Below, piece after piece: positions 58,034-64,000 of a stretch of DNA of 64,000 nucleotides. Positions within the stretch are counted from its first letter, which is position 1; every line of letters starts with the position of its first letter. This stretch comes from an uncultured archaeon. Its GTDB lineage: Archaea > Thermoproteota > EX4484-205 > JAAOZP01. The notes beneath the pieces were generated by a model. The model worked only from the letters and a program-made list of their open reading frames with translations, was not told the DNA's origin and made no database searches. The DNA is taken from NCBI GenBank assembly GCA_938045545.1, contig CALIBN010000029.1, forward strand, positions 1 through 64,000, written 5' to 3'. A program made the position numbers and the translations under genes.

Positions 58034-61000
58034 ATGCTCCCCATTCTCCTAAAAGGCATGACTGTCAGAATTAGAATCATGTTAATATCGCTTCTCCTCC
58101 TATCTGTTTTCCTCACGCCAGTCGCACAGGTTCTCGCAACCCCTGGGCAGCTTTATGCGTCATTTTCAAAACCTGATCTTAAACCTGGTTTAAGCACTTC
58201 TGTTTCAGCCCAAGCGGAAAAACTTTTCCCGTTAGACACGGCTTGGATGAACCGGTTTATAACAGAAGTGTCTTCCTACGGTTCTAGGATGACCGGTTAC
58301 CCGGGCTACTACAAGACGCTCGAGCATCTTTACAACTATCTGAACGAGGTGGGAATAGCAAGCCAGAAACACAAGTATAAGGTGCTGGTGCCCTACGACG
58401 AGGAGACTTATGTCGAGGCCCTAGAGCCGTTTAAAGCCAGGTTTAAAGCTTACGCGCTCTATCCTAACGGTATCAACCCTTGTCCAACTTCCTCCAACGG
58501 GATTGTTGGAAGCCTGATTTATGCTGGGGGAGGCGACTTGCAGGAGTTAGATGGGAAGAACGTCGAGGGAAGCATAGTGGCCATGGAGTTTAATTCTCGG
58601 GATAACTGGCTTAAGGCGGTTAACCTCGGAGCCGAGGCAATAATATTCATAGAGCCGGAGCAAACGACCTATCAGGAGTGCTACGCCAAGTTCTTAGACA
58701 CTCCCATGGGTCTTACAAGGGTTTACGTTAAGAAGCAGGATTGGAATGTTTTGAAAGCCGCCACCCGTGTAAAAATCGTTTCAAGAATAGCGTGGAGGGA
58801 GGTTGAGGCTGAGAACATAGTTGGATTTATAAATGGGACAGCCATACCTAACGAGGTCGTCGTACTTTCCGCGCATTTCGACTCATGGTCTGTTGTCCCA
58901 GGCTTGTCGTCAAGTAAGACTGAGCTGTTACCCTTGGCTCTTCTGCTTCAGTATGCCCTTCACCTCAAGGCCAACCCGCCTAGATATTCAGTATGGATAG
59001 TGCTTTACTCGGGACACTGGCAGGCACTTAGCGGCTCGAGAGAGTTTGTCGAGGACTACTTTTTCAGGGAGGATGTGAGCAGTGGCAAGATAACGATCCT
59101 CGGAAACATAAACTTCGACCTTATGGCGAGTGACTCCGACGGTCTGCAGCTTCTCCACGCCAGCCAGTACTCAACCTACGGCGCTACCCCTATACATGGC
59201 GGTGGCTTCCCGCTTAGGCTCTCCTGGTTTAGCACAACGATAGGGAGCATGATTGACACGCCTGAAGTCAGGCTTTTCGCAAGGAGGATACCGAACATTA
59301 ACGTTTCAGCCCCCTCCAGCGCATTCATCTCCTCGCTCGTAAGCATTTTCTTCCAGTATAATACTTTTTCAGGCACCGAGCCCATCCCGTTTATGCTGGA
59401 CTCCGAGCCTGCTTCGATCGCAGGCATACCGGCGTTCTCCATAACGACCAGGCGTTCAAACAGGATCTACGTGGGCTCCCCCATAGATGATTCGAGCTAT
59501 GCTAATGTAGACGTTATAGACCCATACCTCCAACTTGCCCTCTACATTGTTGACGGCCTTCTCCGAATGGAGTGGAATATCGATAGGGCTTCGATCAAGC
59601 CGACAAGGTTTCTCCTTTCAAATACGAGAGGATACCCGGGCTACGCTGCTCTTCAAGGCAGGGTTGTTGTCTACAACTATAGTAAAGGATGGTACGACGG
59701 GGTTCCTGATGCTCTTGTTGAAGTAAGGCTGGTTACTTCAACCTATAAGCTTAACAGGATAGTGATGAAAAGCGGCGAGGATGGGTCTTTCACAGTCCAC
59801 GGCGTTCCTATTGCCGGTGCCGCCGGGGGAGGAGGCACCGTAGTAATATTCTCAAGATGGATCGCCAGGGGGTGGGTGCTTAACGATGAGGGCATCATCA
59901 CGATGGCTACTGACCTGGGGCAGTTCGGAATGATGAACTTCCCGCTTGAAATAACCGTCTTACACGCTTATGAGAATGTTACCGTGGTGATTGCTAAAGC
60001 CGTGTCTGTGGAAGTGCTTGATTTCGAGATCCCAACCATCATAATGACGCCGAGCATAATAGATCCTAGGGCTGGCGCGTTCGAAATGTGGAGGAGCCCG
60101 CCTCAACCTGTTGCCGTGTTCTCATTCGAGATGCTTACTAAGAGTCCGCCGATAAGCTACGGCTACTATTCTAACGGCTGGGAGCCTGTTTCAATAGTAT
60201 GGGTTCAGCCGGGGATAAGGTTCGTCGTCGTAAGCCCAACTGGGATACTTTTAACTAATTCTTCTCTTGAAAACACGGAGGGAAGCGGGTTCTACGTGGA
60301 ATATGGGAAGAGGGAGAGAGTGTGTTTCTCAACTTTCAGGACTGCTAAAGACCTCTACTATGTTTCATACGGCCGTTATCTTGAGCTGGTTAACAGAAAC
60401 ATGGGTAGCCCGAGCGCCGATGAAACCCTGAATAAGGCTCGGAGATACATAGAGGAGGTTGAGAAACTTTTAAACGAGAGGAAGTATAGCGGCATGTATG
60501 CTTACGCTCTTCTAGCCAGAGCCTACGCAATTAGGGCTTACTCCGTGGAAGTCATGCCCCTGATAAACGATTCTGCGAAGTCTCTTCTCTACATGTTTAT
60601 CATAGTCATATTCGGATCTTTCTTCTTGGAGAAACTCATCATCCAGGCTCGCGGCTCAAGGCGTATTGTTGCTCTCGCCGTTCTTGCAGCAATATTCCTA
60701 GCATTGTTCAGCATTCTGCATCCAGCATTCGGATTGATGAGCAACATATCTCTAGGCATGATGGGCTCTCTAATCCTGATCGTTATCATAATAGTGTTCA
60801 TAATAATACTTTCTATAAGCGAGGAGGTTAGGAAAGGCATTGAGAAGAGGGTTCTAGGTGTCCACAGGGCTGAAGTAAGCAGGCTTGACACGGCGATGAT
60901 ATCTTTCTCGCTGGGGAGCGAACACATGCGTCGCAGGCCTTTCCGCGCCATACTTGTTTTCCTAACACTGATCACAATGGTTGTAGCCATGACATCCTTC

Positions 61001-62611
61001 ACCTCTCTCATGCCCGGGAGGATAACGGTTCCGGTCACAAGGTATGGTTACGAGTGTAATTCCTACAGGGATGAGATCCTGGTAAAACAGGGGAGAGGCG
61101 TCCCCCCGAACATTCTTTCAGACAAGGTTCTAGATATTGCGAAAATATTCGCCGGAGACAAATACTATGTTTTCCCGAGAGTATGGATTTACGGTCCGGT
61201 GGATAGGGCCGCGTGGACCACCTCCTTCCGAGTGTGGAGCGCAACAAACACTTCCAGAGTGCCTGCAATAATGGGAATGACGGTGGAGGAGTTCAACCGG
61301 ATTGTGAGGGGCACATGCATCGTGAGGGGTGGGCTGCTTTCCGACGATGCTGACCAGGCAGTAATATCGAGGTCGCTGGCAACTAACTTGAGCGTAACGA
61401 TAGGGGACACTATTTACGTTTCAGGCATCAGGTTCACGGTGACCGGAATAATTGATTCAAACGAGGTTGATTTCCTACAGGAGGCTGACGGATACAATAT
61501 TTTCCCGGCGAACCCGAGTTTCTTCCCATCTATAAGCAGGGACATGGCTGTCTCTGCTCAAGCCGGCTCGTCTCCCCCAAACCTCGGCGTTTCAACAACA
61601 ATAATAATACCCTACAGGAGGGCGCTGATGATAGGGGGATACATTGCTTCAATAGCCATAGTGCCTAAGGGAAACATGTCTTTCAACGAGATATTCAGCC
61701 TAGCTAAGGAGCTGGCCTACTCCCTAGACCTTTCAATATATGTTTCCCACCAGGGAAAGCCTTATCTGCTTTCAACCTTCACCACTGTGCTTCTGGGAGG
61801 GTGGGAAATAATATGGATGATCATCATCCTGGGGGCGTTGAACATATTTACCACGGTGCTGGGAAGCCTCAGGGAGCGCGTTAGAGAAGTGCACGTGTTC
61901 AGCATCGTCGGCTTATCTCCAATGGGTGTAACCGTGTTCTTCATGACCGAGGTCATTGTCTACGCTATAATAAGCGCCTTAGTAGGCTATATCGCAGGAT
62001 ATTTCATGACGAGGATCTTCATGCTTACCGGAATACTGCCTTCTGAACACGTTTTCAACTTCGCTTCAGCATTCGCGATCCTGGGGACCCTGGTGACGAT
62101 GGCTTCAGCCTTAGCGGCGGCTGCATACCCGTCTTACATGGCTTCGAAAGTGGCTACGCCCTCGCTCGAGAGGAGGTGGAAGTTTAAGACTAAGCCTAAG
62201 GGAGACGAGTGGGATATTCCTCTGCTCGTAAGCGTTTCAACAGTCGATGAGGGGAGGGGGCTCTTAGCGTATTTACACGAGTATTTCGCGGGCGCAGGGG
62301 CTGTTAAAGAGGGTGTTCACATGGTTAAGGAGCTGCAACCTCCAAACTACGAGAGTCTATCGTTGAGCCTAACAGTCAGCCTCTCGCCGTTTGAAGTAGG
62401 TGTTTCCCAGAGGGTTGATATTGCCGCAAGGCTGAACGAGGAGGTGAAAAGATACGATGTTATACTCCACTTGGAGAGGCTTACGGGCCCGCAGAGCACA
62501 TGGGTGACTTCAAACTACAGGTTTGTAAACGAGTTGAGGAAACAACTGATAATGTGGGGATCATTCTCAGCCACTGAGAAAGCAAGCTACATATCTATGG
62601 CAAAAGCTTAG
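58034..62611 (+). CDS. Giant membrane protein: PA/M28 peptidase-like domain, extracellular domains, and FtsX/MacB permease domain
   Basis: Signal peptide, SRMTGYPG, PA-like LIYAG.G...G.IV, SAHFDS, NFD, MRRRPFRA.L, ERVREV..FS.VGLSP...E FtsX motif. Confidence 0.82.
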   Translation: MLPILLKGMTVRIRIMLISLLLLSVFLTPVAQVLATPGQLYASFSKPDLKPGLSTSVSAQAEKLFPLDTAWMNRFITEVSSYGSRMTGYPGYYKTLEHLYNYLNEVGIASQKHKYKVLVPYDEETYVEALEPFKARFKAYALYPNGINPCPTSSNGIVGSLIYAGGGDLQELDGKNVEGSIVAMEFNSRDNWLKAVNLGAEAIIFIEPEQTTYQECYAKFLDTPMGLTRVYVKKQDWNVLKAATRVKIVSRIAWREVEAENIVGFINGTAIPNEVVVLSAHFDSWSVVPGLSSSKTELLPLALLLQYALHLKANPPRYSVWIVLYSGHWQALSGSREFVEDYFFREDVSSGKITILGNINFDLMASDSDGLQLLHASQYSTYGATPIHGGGFPLRLSWFSTTIGSMIDTPEVRLFARRIPNINVSAPSSAFISSLVSIFFQYNTFSGTEPIPFMLDSEPASIAGIPAFSITTRRSNRIYVGSPIDDSSYANVDVIDPYLQLALYIVDGLLRMEWNIDRASIKPTRFLLSNTRGYPGYAALQGRVVVYNYSKGWYDGVPDALVEVRLVTSTYKLNRIVMKSGEDGSFTVHGVPIAGAAGGGGTVVIFSRWIARGWVLNDEGIITMATDLGQFGMMNFPLEITVLHAYENVTVVIAKAVSVEVLDFEIPTIIMTPSIIDPRAGAFEMWRSPPQPVAVFSFEMLTKSPPISYGYYSNGWEPVSIVWVQPGIRFVVVSPTGILLTNSSLENTEGSGFYVEYGKRERVCFSTFRTAKDLYYVSYGRYLELVNRNMGSPSADETLNKARRYIEEVEKLLNERKYSGMYAYALLARAYAIRAYSVEVMPLINDSAKSLLYMFIIVIFGSFFLEKLIIQARGSRRIVALAVLAAIFLALFSILHPAFGLMSNISLGMMGSLILIVIIIVFIIILSISEEVRKGIEKRVLGVHRAEVSRLDTAMISFSLGSEHMRRRPFRAILVFLTLITMVVAMTSFTSLMPGRITVPVTRYGYECNSYRDEILVKQGRGVPPNILSDKVLDIAKIFAGDKYYVFPRVWIYGPVDRAAWTTSFRVWSATNTSRVPAIMGMTVEEFNRIVRGTCIVRGGLLSDDADQAVISRSLATNLSVTIGDTIYVSGIRFTVTGIIDSNEVDFLQEADGYNIFPANPSFFPSISRDMAVSAQAGSSPPNLGVSTTIIIPYRRALMIGGYIASIAIVPKGNMSFNEIFSLAKELAYSLDLSIYVSHQGKPYLLSTFTTVLLGGWEIIWMIIILGALNIFTTVLGSLRERVREVHVFSIVGLSPMGVTVFFMTEVIVYAIISALVGYIAGYFMTRIFMLTGILPSEHVFNFASAFAILGTLVTMASALAAAAYPSYMASKVATPSLERRWKFKTKPKGDEWDIPLLVSVSTVDEGRGLLAYLHEYFAGAGAVKEGVHMVKELQPPNYESLSLSLTVSLSPFEVGVSQRVDIAARLNEEVKRYDVILHLERLTGPQSTWVTSNYRFVNELRKQLIMWGSFSATEKASYISMAKA

Positions 62612-63284
62612 TGTAAGTATACTCCTCTATTTTCTTAAGCAGGTTGACAACTGTGAGGAACGCTCTCCGGATAACGCCTCCAGACTGAACACCATACAGC
62701 ATGTGCATCCTTACGATCCACGATATGGATTGAGGCGCCTCCATATGTTTTTTAACCATGCTGCCAATTATCGGTCCTCTGTCTGAAGTCATCAGATATG
62801 TTTCAAAAAGTTCAACCGGTATAAGGGATGGGAAGATTTCTATCAAGTCTCCTCCCCCCTGTTTAACCAATTCCTCAACCTCCCTGCTCCTAACGACCTG
62901 CATTAGGCCTTCTTCCTCGAGCATGGTTACCCCGGATAGTGATGAGAGTCCACTCCACCTGCTGGCCTTCAGGCTTCTTCTTAAAACCCCTTTCAACTCC
63001 AGTTCCACGGATTCTGAAAGCATTCTTTTCAAAAGCTGACTTTTATCCCGGTTTTTAAGCCTGTCTTCAGGGATTTCAAGTACGCCGACCATTTCGAACT
63101 TCCTGTCTAAGCTGAACTGCATCCTCCTTACTAGGATAATAAGCCTTATTTGCGGGTTTTCAAGCGGCTTGGCAACTAGGTTTCCCCTTCCAGTCTCCTC
63201 GAAGGAGATTTCGAACTGTTCAAGCGCCTTCTTCACGCTCTGAACCCAGGACATTACCTCTACCAGTTTATTTGATGCACTCAT
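62595..63284 (-). CDS. Hypothetical protein
   Basis: 229-aa ORF with host-like composition, convergent overlap with the upstream gene; no recognised motif. Confidence 0.65.
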   Translation of the reverse strand: MSASNKLVEVMSWVQSVKKALEQFEISFEETGRGNLVAKPLENPQIRLIILVRRMQFSLDRKFEMVGVLEIPEDRLKNRDKSQLLKRMLSESVELELKGVLRRSLKASRWSGLSSLSGVTMLEEEGLMQVVRSREVEELVKQGGGDLIEIFPSLIPVELFETYLMTSDRGPIIGSMVKKHMEAPQSISWIVRMHMLYGVQSGGVIRRAFLTVVNLLKKIEEYTYTKLLP

Positions 63285-63438
63285 AAATCTAACTTAAAGA
63301 GAAAATGTTTCGCGTAAACAGGTGGGTTTATGAACCCATTTTAATTGGTTTAACGCGTGTGGAAACTCTAAAGGACACATTTACATCCGTAAAGTTTAAA
63401 TTTTGCAAATGTATAGCATAAACGAAGGTGAAAACGTT

Positions 63439-64000
63439 ATGGCTACGGAAGTAGAGCTTAAAACAGGTTTAACAGCAAGATCACTCGCCGTCTCCATCCC
63501 CCTCGCAATATTCTTCGCCTACATGTCGGTTGTCGTAGGCCTATATACCGACAAGACATCCACATTCGGTACTTTCATCCTACCTATGGTGTATTTCGTC
63601 GTAGTTTTCGAACTCCTTGGAAGAGCCAACCCTAAGCTGAGGCTGACACCTCAGGAATTAGTCTTTCTGTTCTCAGTCATCTCTTTCCTAGGGATGCACT
63701 CATACCTGACGATGCATGCTGCAGCCCACAACAATCCTTTAAGCATGCCCGTGTACGGTGCTCTCAGCGACTACGAGGCTTTCTCGATAGACGCTTTAAG
63801 GGATTACTGGAGCAGGGCTGTTCCCTCTGTTGTAATTGCTCCTGAGCCGATACGCTTCGAGATAGCTACGATAATGATGAACGGTAAAGCACCAGGCCAA
63901 GCTGTTCCATGGGGCTACATAACTAACGCCCTAATATACTGGGGCCTCGTCTACATGTTCTACGCCTTCATAAGCGTGTTCGTAACATTCGTCTTCGGCA
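63439..64000 (+). CDS. OPT/DUF6785-like multi-pass membrane protein (truncated by window end)
   Basis: Manual translation MATEVELKTGLTARSLAV...LRLTPQELVFLF...VPWG; shares GLT.RS and L..QEL with the 56042 protein; AGGTGA SD upstream. Confidence 0.75.
   Translation, partial: MATEVELKTGLTARSLAVSIPLAIFFAYMSVVVGLYTDKTSTFGTFILPMVYFVVVFELLGRANPKLRLTPQELVFLFSVISFLGMHSYLTMHAAAHNNPLSMPVYGALSDYEAFSIDALRDYWSRAVPSVVIAPEPIRFEIATIMMNGKAPGQAVPWGYITNALIYWGLVYMFYAFISVFVTFVFG

Noticed and set aside
1617-63039. Numerous antisense and alternate-frame ORFs in the track (e.g. 26192-26707, 33337-33933, 38696-39298)
   Set aside because: Shadow ORFs of well-supported genes with no motifs or start signals
63323-63338. 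Inverted repeat TGGGTT-TATG-AACCCA in a divergent promoter
   Set aside because: Single 6-bp-arm instance with no second copy found to support an operator call
1-64000. CRISPR array, tRNA or rRNA genes
   Set aside because: No regularly spaced direct repeats, cloverleaf/T-loop signatures or rRNA-like stretches were recognised in intergenic regions by manual reading; tRNAscan-SE and Infernal would be decisive

Overview
Archaeal chromosomal DNA from a TACK/Thermoproteota-type organism, inferred from ribosomal protein L13e, Tyw1, a Clp1-like kinase, a PAE1156-type KaiC-domain ATPase and BRE/TATA promoters with GGAGGTGA Shine-Dalgarno sites. The exact lineage cannot be fixed from sequence alone. 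The window is mostly intact metabolic genes: glyA, a PPi-type pfk, deoC, a GHMP kinase/epimerase pair, a group 3b sulfhydrogenase operon back-to-back with a bacterial-style hoxEFUYH (group 3d) operon, a peptide ABC transporter, an M42 peptidase, Hsp20 and vapBC. Decayed accessory DNA is interspersed: a RelBE relic, an orphan PD-(D/E)XK toxin/immunity-like module, an HTH-LAGLIDADG relic, a tnpB pseudogene and related IS200/IS605 end/omegaRNA-like segments. Best leads: (1) an uncharacterised membrane system at 56-64 kb (giant protein with an altered M28 peptidase domain fused to an FtsX permease, two OPT/DUF6785-like transporters, and an adjacent secreted clan GH-A glycosidase), with a second FtsX paralogue preceded by an unannotated 38-aa peptide gene; (2) a ~240-bp protein-less IS605-derived element whose structured core and right end recur elsewhere in the window; (3) a KaiC-domain ATPase translationally coupled to a PriS-like primase-polymerase with intact motifs; (4) a recurrent intergenic motif GYGCGYTAA that often sits at junctions of decayed DNA. 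No CRISPR array, rRNA or tRNA was recognised. All family assignments are from motif recognition by eye, not database searches.
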